Counted from the whole stretch's first letter, positions 13,303 to 25,758 are shown. The stretch: 63,975 nt of DNA, filler included, from Chiloscyllium plagiosum (GCF_004010195.1; 5 parts of one record of this genome joined end to end with filler, not necessarily neighbours in it); one strand, 5' to 3'. The notes: generated by a model from the sequence alone, not told the origin. Numbers and translations are program-made.

Positions 13303-13700
13303 GTTAGGTATTTACATTGCCATCCCTTGCCATTCAGAGCCATTTGCATGGCCATTTCCTAATTATTCAGAGTAAAAGAATTACATTATCATCCCCTATT
13401 CAGAAATCAATATGAAAATTGCAATTAAAATTCTGACGACTCCTTGCAGTTAAAAAAATGATTCACAACAGATTTGACCATTAAGGGATGATTTATGTTA
13501 GTGTTTCTGGAAATGATGTGATCACTACATTGTGGCTTGAGTGGCATGTGACTGTGGGGGAATGGCAGGGGGTCGCCTTGTAGGTGTTACTGACTGCAAT
13601 GTGAAACTCTTATACTGTATAAAGGAAAGACTGTTTCCTTTGATCAGGGAGACCTCTCAACACACTATACAAGCATGGTGAAGAGTGTTCAGAGTTTCTC

Positions 13701-14828
13701 CAAGATGGACCGGGTCCAAACGGACTCGCTGTATAAAGATCAGGGCAACGGGGGAAGAAATACACCCAATGCCACCCTCACCCTGATGACCACCTTTGTG
13801 TGCGGCTGCATCAAGCTGTGCGTGGATCCCCGGTACGCAAACACCAAGTGTCACTACGTACTGAGGTTCTACCTGTCCCCGGTGTTGCGAAGGATGGCCT
13901 GGCCTCGCTGCCGCTGAACGCTCCAAGTAGTTGGACTGTTCCGTATCACCTGTCCTTCGTGGAGAAGTTTATGAAGAAAAACACCTTTGACCACAAGTCC
14001 GTCAGGAAGTGGTCAGCACGTAGTGTCCTTGAGACCCTTCGGGAAAAGGAGAGGGCGGATCCTGTCGAGCGGTTCCTTGAGCAGACTGTCAAAGCCATTT
14101 GGCAGAATGCCTCATCGCCAGAACTTTCCAACAAGCACCAAGACATGGCTTGGCTGGTGGTGAGAAGGGCTCTGCCTGTGAGATCCTTTATGAACGTCCG
14201 GACTCTCAGCCGCACCGCACGCTGCCCTCGAAGCGGCTGTGGGGGGTACGAGACTGTCACACACCTCCTTCTGGAATGTGCCTACGCAGAAGAAGTCTGG
14301 AGAGGAATGCAGTGGTGTTTGTCGAGGTTCGTCCCGAGCAGGGCCGTGACGCGGGACTCCGTGCTCTACGGTCTGTTCCCCGGGACGCACACCGAGACGA
14401 ACATCAACTGTGCCTGGAGGATCATCAACTCGGTGAAGGACGCTCTCTGGGTGGTCCGAAACCTGCTGATCTTCCAGCTGAAGGAGTTGACCCCGACTGA
14501 GTGTTGCAGACTGGCACATTCCATGGTCCAGGACTATGCGTTGAGGGACGCGCTGAAGCTTGGGTCAGCTGCTGCCAAGGCGCGGTGGGGAAAGACCACT
14601 GTGTAACATCTGCCTGCCTAAGAAGAACAGGGGGCCCACGCAGTCATTTGGGCTCTGCTGACACCTCAGCTAAATATATGGACATATGATTGATAAACAT
14701 ACAGACCTGTATATACAAATGATAAATTCTGATCTCTGTATGTAAATGTTTACGTATGTATGGCATGATCAACTGTACAGACCATCAAATTATTTTATGA
14801 ATAAAGTATACTTTTGAAATAAAAAAGA
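13701..14828 (+). mobile_element. 5'-truncated Tx1/L1-type LINE (post-RT region + zf-RVT zinc knuckle)
   Basis: CPRSGCGGYETVTHLLLEC CCHC motif, one frameshift near 13895, AATAAA + A-tail, 12-bp TSD TCAGAGTTTCTC at 13689-13700 and 14829-14840. Confidence 0.88.
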
Positions 14829-14889
14829 TCAGAGTTTCTCTAAAGTTTACACTGTATTTGCTTAATAATATTTGTGTTCTTGTTCACAG

Positions 14890-15098
14890 AAGTTGGCGTG
14901 TTGCGGTTGCATCAAGTGTGGAAGGATCTCCAGAAAAAGAACCTGACAACTGCAAGTCAGAAACTACTCCGAAATGCTGTTATTTTACTTTACAACACCC
15001 AGCTAGCAGAAAAACGTCAATAATGATGGACAAGTATGATTCAATGATCTATGATTTAAATAACGCAGTACACCATGACTATGGAATCTAAAAATAAA
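14890..15098 (+). CDS. Candidate terminal exon with polyA signal, unidentified gene
   Basis: Branch-like CTTAAT, TTTGTGTTCTTGTTCACAG acceptor, two open frames (stops ending at 15023 and 15091), AATAAA at 15093-15098 and 15183-15188. Confidence 0.3.
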
Positions 15099-15784
15099 TG
15101 CAACATCACATGGGACAAAGAAAAGAAGAGGTGATTATTGTCAGGAAGTTCATTACTCATTGATAAATATTGAAAAGCCAAAAATAAAACTTGAGAAAAG
15201 AAAATGTGCAACAATGCCAGCAAATAATCATACAGTCAAACGGTGGAAACATTTCAAATAACGCTCAGAAGAGCACAGGAAAAATGGTTTACAACTTCAG
15301 GAAATAATAAATCTATCCCAAGTGGGACTCAGAATAAACAATGATAAGGAAACAATGTGGAAAAATGCAGACACTAAGTAAACAGCAGAGGACTTCAGGG
15401 TAAGAGAGAATGCAAAGAAATGAACAAACAATGAACACTGACATGAAGTTGTCCAAGATGATGAAACAAAATTGTAAAACATTTTGCAGACACATCCATG
15501 ATAAAGGACCATTAAGAATAGTGCCAGAGGTAACAATAGAGTGAAAGGTAAAAATATCCGAGACAGAAAGCAATGAGTGGGAGTTAATCGGAGAGAAGAT
15601 AGGAAGTGGAGTACCACAAGGACCAGCACTGAAAACACTGCTAGTCACAATGTATTTGGAACTTAGATGGGAAAATTAGTTTCTGAATTTACAGTCAGCA
15701 CTGTGGACTGTAACCAATTACAGGAGGACATTAACAAACTTGCATCGCGGCAAACAATCAGCAAATAAAGCTCAACAAAGTCAT

Positions 15785-17195
15785 TTTTTAAAAAATTATT
15801 CATTTGTGGGATGTGAGTGTTACTGATAGGCCAGTCCTTAGTTGCCCCTTGAGAAGGGAGGGGTGAGCTGCATTTGTGAACCACTGCAGTCCACCTGCTG
15901 TGGGTTGACCCACAATGCCCTTAGGGACGGAATTCCAGGATTTTGACCCAATGACAGTGATGGAACATCGATATATTTCCAAGTCACGATGGGGAGTGGC
16001 TTGGAGGGGAACTTGAAGGTGGCAGTGTTCCCATGTATCTGCTGCCCTTGTCACTCTCGATGTAAGTGGCGTTGGGTTTGGAAGGTGCTGTCTGAGGATC
16101 TTTGGTGAATTTCTGCAGATAGGACACACTGCTGCTACGGAGTGTCGGAGTGGATATTTGTGGATGTGGTGCCAATCAAGAGGTTTTTTTTGTCCTGGAT
16201 GGTGTCAAACTTCTTGAGGGTTGGGGCTGCACCTATCCAGGCAAGTGGGGGAGGATTCTGTCACATTCCTAACATGGACAGGCTTTCAGGAGTCAGGAGT
16301 TACTCGCTGCAGTATTCCCAGACTCTGACCTGCTCTTCTAGCCACTGTGTTTATGTGGTAAGTCCAGTTGAGTTCCTGATCAATGGTAACTCCCAAGAAG
16401 TTGATAATATGGGATTCCGTGATGGTAACACCATTGAAAGGTGCTTCAATTGTCTCATTTGGTGACGGTCATTCCCTGGCATTTGTGTGGCATGAATATT
16501 ATTTGCTACTTGTCGGTCTCTGTCTAGGTGTTGTTCGGATCTTGTTGTATTTGGACACGGACTGTTTCAGTACCTGAGAAGTCATGAATGGTGCTGAACA
16601 TTGTGCAATCATCACTGTGGACCTTATGTTGGACAGCAGGTCATTGATGGATCAGCTGAAGATGGTTGGGCCAAGGACACTAGCCTGAGGAACTCCTGCA
16701 GCGATGTCCTGGAGCTGAGATGAGTGGTTTTCAACAAACACAACCATCTTCCTTTGTGCCAGGTGACTCCAACAACCTGTTTACCCCAATACCATTGATT
16801 CCAGTCTTGCCAGGGCTCCTTGATGCCATACTCGGCCGAATGCAGCCTTGATGTGAATGGCTGTCCCTCTCCCCTCCCCTCTGGAATTCAGCTCTTTTGC
16901 CCGTGTTTGACCCAGGGCTGTAATGAGGTCAGGAGCTGAGTGGCCCTGGTAGAAACCAAACTGGGTGTCACTGAGCAGGTTATTGCTGAGCAGGTGCTGT
17001 GTGATAGCACTGTGGATAACACCTTCCATCACTTTACTGAGGATCGAGAGTAGACCGATGGGGCAGTAATTGGCTGGGTTGGATTTGTTCTGATTTTTAT
17101 GTGCAGGACTTACTTGAGTAATTTCCCACATTATCAGATAGATGCCAGTGTTGGAACTGTACTGGAACAGCTTAGCTCGGGGAGCAGCAAGTTCG
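15785..17195 (-). mobile_element. Second CR1/L2-like LINE family, RT to 3' end
   Basis: KSNPANYCPIGLLSILSKVMEG...QFGFYQGHSAPDL...IKAAFGRVWHQG on minus; 3' tail AAGGGCAACTAAGG...CACATCCC. Confidence 0.85.
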
Positions 17196-17309
17196 GGAAT
17201 GCTGTGATGCAGTACTTCCTGGCAGGAAGATATGGGAGCGGGTTTGGATAAAGCCGAAGAACAAAGGGCCTCAGATACATCAGCACAACTTGTGCTACAG
17301 ATTCACAAA

Positions 17310-17990
17310 ACCATTTAATGAACACTTAACCAAGTCTCATTTTAGAGGAGCAAAACTGAAACCTAGGCAAGTCATGTTAAATCCGCATGGAACCTTGGTT
17401 AGGGATCACTGCATATAATTGTGGTCACATATTAGAAAGATACGGAAGTGCTGAAAAGTACAAGCATAATACCAGAAATGGTCCACAGATGAAACCGGAG
17501 TGAAATCCTGGATTTGCCTCCATAACGAGTCTATCTACTGCAATTCCCCACTGTTTTCTCAAAGGCAGCTACAGTCAGCAATGCCCACAGCCCAGCAAAA
17601 CCCAACTAAGGACGGACACACTCCCTTTCTGAAAGGAAGAGCATATGGAGTGAATGAACAAGGACACTTGATACTATGGACGGTTTTGACAGAGGAAATG
17701 CTTCTCCATGTGGGCAACAACATTAGTGGGAGCCATCGCCATAGGATCGTCAGCGAGAAGTCCAATCGGGAATTCAGAAGAAACTCAAGAGTGGTGCAAT
17801 TAAAGGACTTCCATCGAAGGAAGGGAAGCAAATGTGTCAAATGCATTTAAGGAGAAGATAGAAAAGTATCAGAGGGAGAAGAAAATAAAGAGATACGAGG
17901 GTGGGTTTAGAAGAAGCAGAATTAGATGGAGCATCAGTGCTGGTTAAGCCAAATGGCCTATCTCATGATGTACAGATTGTGAGAGCACAG
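17310..17990 (+). mobile_element. Highly decayed CR1 3' fragment
   Basis: Residual LVR / RGHLI / GHRHRI-like motifs and CR1 3' UTR-like end. Confidence 0.4.
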
Positions 17991-18074
17991 AAAAGGTTCA
18001 AGATGTCAAGCAAGTCTTTCAGCACAGGTTAACCTGAAAGACAGGAGCTAGAAATAGGCACTCCTGTATCTAAC

Positions 18075-18244
18075 GAGGAAAAAACAATGACTGCAGATGC
18101 TGGAAACCAGATTCTGGATTAGTGGTGCTGGAAGAGCACAGCAGTTCAGGCAGCCCTTCAGAAGGGCTTTTGCCCGAAACGTCGATTTCGAAGCTCCTTG
18201 GATGCTGCCTGAACTGCTGTGCTCTTCCAGCACCACTAATCCAG
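18075..18244. mobile_element. Miniature fold-back PLE terminal-repeat insertion (family A) with 15-bp TSD
   Basis: Perfect 41-bp inverted arms at 18114-18154 and 18204-18244; TSD ACTCCTGTATCTAAC at 18060-18074 and 18245-18259; hammerhead stem II-GAAACGUC in the loop. Confidence 0.88.
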
Positions 18245-18540
18245 ACTCCTGTATCTAACCCCACTTTAAAATTCATTCATGACAAAACAAATTAAATCGA
18301 GCACAGGTAAGCTCACAAAGCCATCTACAGATTAAGAGGATATTGTGAACCATGCATAATGAAACACAGCTAACAAAAGGTTCCAATGCATCAAGTCAAA
18401 CCTCTCCATTCAGAGCAATACTGTTCAGGCTGAACAATCAAACCAGACCAACAAAATCTCACAAAAATCAAAGAATAAGGAATGTTTGATTAAAAAAAAC
18501 ACTTCTGTCAAAGAACAAGCCTAACAATAAAGCTACTTAC

Positions 18541-18636
18541 ATCTTTTAGCACAGCATTCTGTTCAAGGCAAATTCACAGACCCATGTGAAACTCGATAGC
18601 ACACTCAGCAGCTCACTGTTCTCAGTTGGAGAAAGC
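18541..18636 (-). other. Candidate minus-strand exon (possibly non-coding)
   Basis: TTTCCTTCCTCACATTGCAG acceptor and GAT|GTAAGT donor; all three frames contain a stop. Confidence 0.2.
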
Positions 18637-20136
18637 CTGCAATGTGAGGAAGGAAACAGGACTGAGGAAAGCCAGTGTAACTCAGCTGCCTATATTGAGC
18701 ACAAAGAAAATCGTTTTCCTCTCTTTTAAAAAAAAACTAAACTAATTGTCACGGTCTACTCCAGCCAGCAGAGCTTCATGAGGTCGGGTCATCTGCCAGG
18801 TTGGAACTAAACCAGGAGGACCCTCCTTTCACTATTCAGGTGAGATACTCAGCAAAGACAAATCAATCCAACATTGACCTACAGAATCTGGATTAAACCA
18901 ACATAAGGATAGCAGAGTGGCAAGGAAATAATAGGCATAAGACCCAAGAGGACGTGGTGTGGATTCAAGTTGTCCGTTCATTTCAGAGCCTTCTGATTGC
19001 ATATTTGCACAGCCCATCTACACCAGACAACAGCAGGTTTGCAGATGCAAGAGTTTGACCTCAGTTACGGAAGTAAACATAATGAGGCAGAATGTACAGG
19101 CAAGGTAAAGAGAGAAGCAGCATAGAGAATGAGTCTTGATTAATATAATGGACTGGCAGATAGCAGGAAACTCTCCAAGTCTCACTATAAACACTGGACC
19201 AAATTAAAACCAGTCAAGTCTTGGCACAGATCCCCTAATCCCCACATACATTCTTACTCTCAAACCCACTACTGTAACCAGGAGGGCAGTCAGAATTCCA
19301 ACTGCTGCAAACACAGCCTGAAACACTATCTAGATTTCCTTATAGATACTGCCTGACCTATTAAGTAGTTCCAGCATAGTTTCTGTTGCAATTTAAGATT
19401 TTCAACATGCACAATATTTTGTTCTTCCTTACTCAATTGTAATTGAATTTAATTCTTTTGGCTCCAAACCCACAAAGCTCTATTTTCCACCAGGATATTC
19501 TAACACCATGATTCCAAGAGAAGTATTCGCATTTTCCCTTTCTTTAAGAATCCTGCACAGAACCATAGGAAGTTACAGCAGAGAGAGAGAGGTCATTCGG
19601 CTCATCCTACACTCAGCTGATTAAAGGAGCCCATTCGAATTTCAGTTGGCAGCATTTGGGCACCAGCCTTGTAGGTTACAGTATGTCAGGGTAAATCCAC
19701 GCTCCTTTCAAATCATGTTGGTGATTGGACCGGGGTGTACAAAGTTAAAAACCAGACAGCACCAGGTTCGGAGCGCTGCTCCAAAGGTTAGTGTGCTTCC
19801 AATGAAACCTTGCAAACCAGTTCAGCTGGATCACATCAGCTCAGTGTCAAATCAACAAACCAAAGTAGCACACTGCATAGATTGTTCACAACTTGGAAAC
19901 CAGGCTGTTAATAGCTTTATCCTTCAGTGTCTGGGTCAGTAATCTGCAAAAGTACCATGACACAAGTGACAGTGAGATTTTCAATGACGATTCCAATGTT
20001 TGGTCATTTTAAAAAAAATCCAAAGTAAAACATTATGTCGGGGAAGGCAATCGGATTTCCCAAACCTTTACATTGTGTCGAAGAGATGGATAAAAAACAA
20101 AGAATTTCGGAAAGCTATAGGCCAGCACATCTTTCA

Positions 20137-20540
20137 AGCCTGTTGTTGTGGTTCTGTTCGCCAAGCTGGGAATTTGTGTTGCAGACGTTTCGTCCCCTGT
20201 CTAGGTGACATCCTCAGTGCTTGGGAGCCTCCTGTGAAGCGCTTCTGTGATCTTTCCTCCGGCATTTGTAGTGGTTTGAATCTGCCGCTTCCGGTTGTCA
20301 GTTCCAGCTGTCCGCTGCAGTGCCGGTATATTGGGTCCAGGTCGATGTGCTTATTGATTGAATCTGTGGATGAGTGCCATTCCTCTAGGAATTCCCTGGC
20401 TGTTCTCTGTTTGGCTTGTCCTATAATAGTAGTGTTGTCTCAGTCTAATTCACGTTGCTTGACATCTGCGTGTGTGGCTACTAAGGATAGCTGGTCGTGT
20501 CATTCCGCATCCATGAACACCAACTAGCCACGAAACGACA
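20137..20540 (-). mobile_element. Penelope-like 3' fragment, family C, with short 5' inversion
   Basis: GIY-YIG C-terminus (AREFLEEWHS...SINKHIDL) on minus; 20506-20540 (RIHEHQLATKR) inverted. Confidence 0.85.
20181..20220 (-). ncRNA. Minimal hammerhead ribozyme-like motif (family C), intact core
   Basis: GCA-CUGAGGA-U-GUCACCU-AGAC-AGGGGAC-GAAACGUC-UGC: stem I GCA/UGC, stem II, ACGU palindrome, GUC site. Confidence 0.78.
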
Positions 20541-20940
20541 GGGCACAAAGTATAAAAATGAGCAAGTCGTGCTGTAGCTGTATACAGCTCGAGTGAAACC
20601 AGATTTGGAATATGGTGTATAGTTCTGGTCAGCACACTACCAGAAGAATATGGTTTTGGAGAGGTTCCAGGAAAGAGTTACCAGGATGTTGTCTGGTTTG
20701 GAGGGTATTAGCAATAAGGAGAGATTGGACACACTTTGTTTCTTTTCACCTGAACGTCAGGCACAGAGGGTGGCCTGAAAGGAGTTTACAACATGATGCG
20801 AGAAATGGAGTGGATGGATAGTCCGAGACTCTTTTCAATGCCAATTACTCAGAGCCAGATGGTGGACAGAAAAGGGGGAACGTTGAAAGGGGATGTGAGA
20901 GGAAAGGGTTTCTCTTTACACACAAGGTGGTCATAGTGAT
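20541..20940 (+). mobile_element. Decayed CR1 3' fragment
   Basis: LYTARVKPDLEYGV, LERFQERVTRMLSGLEG motifs. Confidence 0.6.
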
Positions 20941-21221
20941 GGAATCATACAACGTTCCAGCAGATCGAGTTAGCAGGGGACCTCCTCGGAATTCTCACCA
21001 CACAAACTCTCCTGGTATCAGTTCCTGTTCATTACCAATATGCTGTATCCTCAGCAGAGGAACAGTACTGCTGTATCAGGCTGTAAGGTCACAGAATGCA
21101 TTCTCGAGAGGTTTGAGGGTGACATCACTGGCTCCAGCAAGAATAAATTACTTTTTAGATAACAGCAAATAGCTCTGAGAGTCCACAATGTCACACTGAA
21201 GTGCCATCACAAAGATATGAT

Positions 21222-21395
21222 GAGGAGGTGCCGGTGTTGAACTGGGGTGGACAAGGTCAGAAGTCACACGACACCAAGTTAAGTCCAACAGATTGATTTG
21301 GAAGCACTAGCTTTCAGAGTGCTGCTCCTTCATCAGGTAGCTGTGCAGCAGGATCATAAGGCACAGAATTTATAGCAAAAGATCAGGGTCAGGCA
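21222..21395 (-). mobile_element. PLE terminal repeat family B with hammerhead-like core (21305-21339)
   Basis: UAC-CUGAUGA-A-GGAGC-AGC-ACUCU-GAAAGCUA-GUG on minus; homologous to 9800-9920. Confidence 0.65.
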
Positions 21396-21414
21396 GGGAG
21401 AGAGAGAGAGAGGG

Positions 21415-21514
21415 NNNNNNNNNNNNNNNNNNNNNNNNNNNNNNNNNNNNNNNNNNNNTTAATTAATTAANNNNNNNNNNNNNNNNNNNNNNNNNNNNNN
21501 NNNNNNNNNNNNNN
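21415..21514. other. Synthetic 100-bp assembly gap (44 N + TTAATTAATTAA + 44 N)
   Basis: Same structure at 46310-46409, 56080-56179 and 60918-61017. Confidence 0.92.
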
Positions 21515-22630
21515 ATTGACTGGGAACACAGTGATATACACATTGACTGGGAACACAGTGATATACACATTGACTGGGAACACAGTGATATACACATTGA
21601 CTGGGAACACAGTGATATACACATTGACTGGGAACACAGTGATATACACATTGACTGGGAACACAGTGATATACACATTGACTGGGAACACAGTGATATA
21701 CACACTGACTGGGAACACTGTGATACACGCATGGACTGGAAACACAGTGATATACACACTGACTGGGAACACAGAGATATACACATTGACTGGGAACACA
21801 GAGATATACACATTGACTGGGTGCACAGTGATATACACATGGACTGGAAACACAGTGATATACACACTGACTGAGAACACAGAGATATACACATTGACTG
21901 GGAACACAGAGATATACATATTGACTGGGAACACAGTGATATACACATGGACTGGGAACACAGAGCTACACTCATGGACTGGGAACACAGTGATATACAC
22001 ATTGACTGGGAACACAGTGATATACACACTGACTGGGAACACTGTGATACACACATGGACTGGAAACACAGTGATATAAACACTGACTGGGAACACAGAG
22101 ATATACACATTGACTGGGAACACAGAGATATACACACTGACTGGGAACACAGAGATATACACATTGACTGGGAACACAGAGATATACACATTGACTGGGA
22201 ACACAGTGATATACACATTGACTGGGAGCACAGTGATATACACATTGACTAGGAAAACTGTGATATACACATTGACTGGGAACACAGTGATATACACACT
22301 GACTGGGAAAACAGAGATAAACACATTGACTGCGAACACAGTGATATACACATTGACTGGGAACACAGAGATAAACACACTGACTGGGAACACAGAGATA
22401 TACACATTGACTGGGAACACAGTGATATACACATTGATTGGGAGCACAGTGATATACACATTGACTAGGAACACTGTGATATACACATTGACTGGGAACA
22501 CAGTGATATACACATGGATGGGAGCACAGTGATATACACACATTGATGGGGAACACAGTGATATACACACTGACTGGGAGCACAGTGATATACACATGGA
22601 CTGGGAGCACAGTGATATACACATGGACTA
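21515..22630. repeat. 27-bp satellite GACTGGGAACACAGTGATATACACATT, block 1
   Basis: About 41 tandem units. Confidence 0.97.
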
Positions 22631-22647
22631 GTAACAGTGATAATGTA

Positions 22648-23004
22648 TTAGATTAGATTAGATTAGATTAGATTAGATTAGATTAGATTAGATTAGATTA
22701 GATTAGTTACAGTGTGGAAACAGGCACTTCGGCCCAACAAGTCCACACAAACCCGCCGAAGGGCAAACCACCCATACCTCTACATTTACTCCTTACCTAA
22801 CACTACGGACAATTTAGCATGGCCAATTCACCTGACCTGCACATCTTTGGACTGTGGGAGGAAACCGGAGCACCCGGAGGAAACCCACGCAGACACAGGG
22901 AGAATGTGCAAACTCCATGCAGTCGCCTGAAGTGGGACTTGAACCCGGGTCTCTGGCGCTGTGAGGCAGCAGTGCTAACCACTGTGCCACCATGCCGCCC
23001 ACCA
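22648..23004 (-). mobile_element. HE1-type V-SINE with expanded (TTAGA)n tail
   Basis: About 12 TTAGA units at 22648-22706; full head and V-domain on minus. Confidence 0.93.
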
Positions 23005-23021
23005 CATGCCCGAAACGTCGA

Positions 23022-24420
23022 TCACTGGGAACACAGTGATATACACATTGACTGGGATCACAGTGATATACACATGGACTGGGAGCACAGTGATAAACAC
23101 ATTGACTGGGAACGCAGTGATATGCACATTGACTGGGAACACAGTGATATACACATTGACTGGGAACACAGTGTTATACACATTGACTGGGAACACAGTG
23201 TTATACACATTGACTGGGAACACAGTGATATGCACATTGACTGGGAACACAGTGATATACACATGGACTGGGAGCACAATGATAAACACATTGACTGGGA
23301 ACGCAGTGATATGCACATTGACTGGGAACACAGTGATATACACATGGGCTGGGAACACAGTGATATACACATGGACAGGGAACACAGTGATATACACATG
23401 GACTGGGAACACAGTGATAAACACATGGACTGGGAACACAATGATATACAAATTGACTGGGAACACAGTGATATACACATTGACTGGGAACGCAGTGATA
23501 TGCACATTGACTGGGAGCACAGTGATATACACACTGACTGGGAACACAGAGCTACACTCATGGACTGGGAACACAGTGTTATACACATTGACTGGGAACA
23601 CAGTGATATGCACATTGACTGGGAACACAGTGATATACACATGGACTGGGAAGACAGTGATATACACACTGACTGGGAACACAGAGCTACACTCATGGAC
23701 TGGGAACACAGTGATATACACATTGACTGGGATCACAGTGATATACACATGGACTGGGAGCACAGTGATAAACACATTGACTGGGAACGCAGTGACATGC
23801 ACATTGACTGGGAACACAGTGATATACACATGGACTGGGAACACAATGATATACAAATTGACTGGGAACGCAGTGATATGAACATTGACTGGGAGCACAG
23901 TGATAAACACATTGACTGGGAACACAGTGATATACACACTGACTGGGAACACAGAGCTACACTCATGGACTGGGAACACAGTGTTATACACATTGACTGG
24001 GAACACAGTGATATGCACATTGACTGGGAACACAGTGATATACACATTGACTGGGAACACAGTGATATGCACATTGACTGGGAACACAGTGATATACACA
24101 TTGACTGGGAACACAGTGATATACACACTGACTGGGAACACAGAGCTACACTCATGGACTGGGAACACAGTGATATACACATTGACTGGGAGCACAGTGA
24201 TATACACATGGACTGAGAACACAGTGATATACACATCGATTGGGAGCACAGTGATATACACATTGACTAGGAACACAGTGACATACACATTGACAGGGAA
24301 TACAGTGATATACACATTGACTAGAACACTGTGATATACACATTGACTGGGAACACTGTGATATACACATGGACTGGGAAGACAGTGATATACACATTGA
24401 CTGGGAGCACAGTGATAAAC
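23022..24420. repeat. 27-bp satellite, block 2
   Basis: About 52 tandem units. Confidence 0.97.
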
Positions 24421-24705
24421 AAGGTAAAAACAATGACTGCAGATGCTGGTAACCAGATTGTGGATTAGAGTGATGCTGGAAAAGCACAACAGTTCAGGCA
24501 GCATCCGAGGGGCAGGAAAATCAACATTTCTGGCAAAAGCCCCTCAACAGGAATAGAGGCAGAGTGCCTGCAGGGTGGAGAGATAAAGGAGAGGAGGGTG
24601 GGGTTGGGGAGAAAGTAGCATAGAGTACAATAGGCGAATGGGGGTGGGGATGGAGGTGATAGGTTACAGAGGAGGGTGGGGGAGGGTAGCAAAGAGTGCA
24701 ATAGG
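24421..24705 (-). mobile_element. PLE family A terminal repeat (degenerate hammerhead)
   Basis: Homologous to 29355-29645 and 51110-51304. Confidence 0.8.
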
Positions 24706-25758
24706 TGTAGGGTGTAGGTCTGCTCGCTGAGCTGTAGGTTTGATATCCAGGCGTTTCATTACCTGGCTAGGTAACATCATCAGTGGCGACCTCCAAGTGA
24801 AGCGAAGCTGTTGTCTCCTGCTTTCTATTTATATTTTTGTCCTGGATGGGGTTCCTGGGGTTTGTGGTGATGTCATTTCCTGTTCGTTTTCTGAGGGATT
24901 GATAGATGGCATCTAGATCTATGTGTTTATTTATGGCGTTGTGGTGGGTTTGTGTGCTACTAGGATTCCGAGAGGTCTTAGTAGTCTGGCTGTCATTTTT
25001 GAGACTTCTTTGATGTATGGTAAGGTGGTTAGGGTTTCTGGCTGTGTTTGGTCTGCTTGTTGTGGTTTGTTCCTGAGGAATCTGTGGACTGTATTTTTTG
25101 AGTATCCGTTCTTCTTGAATACGTTGTATAGACGGTTCTCCTGTGTTTTCCGAAGTTCGTCTGTGCTGCAGTGTGTGGTGGCTCATTGGAATAGTGTTCT
25201 GATACAGCTTTGTTTGTGTGTGTTGGGATGGTTGCTGGTGTAGTTATGTATTTGGTCAGTGTTCGTCGGTTTTCTGTATACGCAGGTTTGTAGTTCTCCG
25301 TTGTCCTTTCTTTCGACTGTGACGTCCAGGAATGCGAGTTTGTTGTCGGTTTCTTCCCCCTCGGTGAACTTTATGCCTGTGAGGGTGTTGTTGATGATGT
25401 TAAATGTCTCTTCTATCTTGTTTCGTTATGTGATGACATACATCAAAGAAGTCTCAAAAATGACAGCCAGACTACTAAGACACCTTGGAATCCTAGTAGC
25501 ACACAAACCCACCAACACTCTCAAACAAAAACTAACAAACTTAAAAGACCCAGTACAACCCACGGACAAAACCAATGTCATCTACAAAATTCCATGCAAG
25601 GACTGCCACAAACACTACGTAGGACAAACAGGAAGAAAGTTAGCCACCAGGATACACGAACACCAGCTAGCCACAAGAACACACGACTCTCTCTCCCTCG
25701 TAGCCCTACACACGGATGAAAAAAAACACCATTTCGACTGGGACAACACATCTATCCT
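24706..25758. mobile_element. Penelope-like element, family C-related, head-to-head inverted
   Basis: Minus arm 24706-25432 (RT C-terminus + terminal repeat); plus arm 25433-25758 encodes GIY-YIG NVIYKIPCKDCHKHYVGQTGRKLATRIHEH. Confidence 0.87.
24747..24786 (-). ncRNA. Minimal hammerhead-like motif (family C variant; GUC site altered to GCC)
   Basis: CCA-CUGAUGA-U-GUUACCU-AGCC-AGGUAAU-GAAACGCC-UGG; stems covary relative to 20181-20220. Confidence 0.65.

Noticed and set aside
21459..21470. TTAATTAATTAA islands inside N runs (also 46354-46365, 56124-56135, 60962-60973)
   Set aside because: Identical 44N-12bp-44N layout giving stops in all six frames; this is a scaffolding linker, not biology
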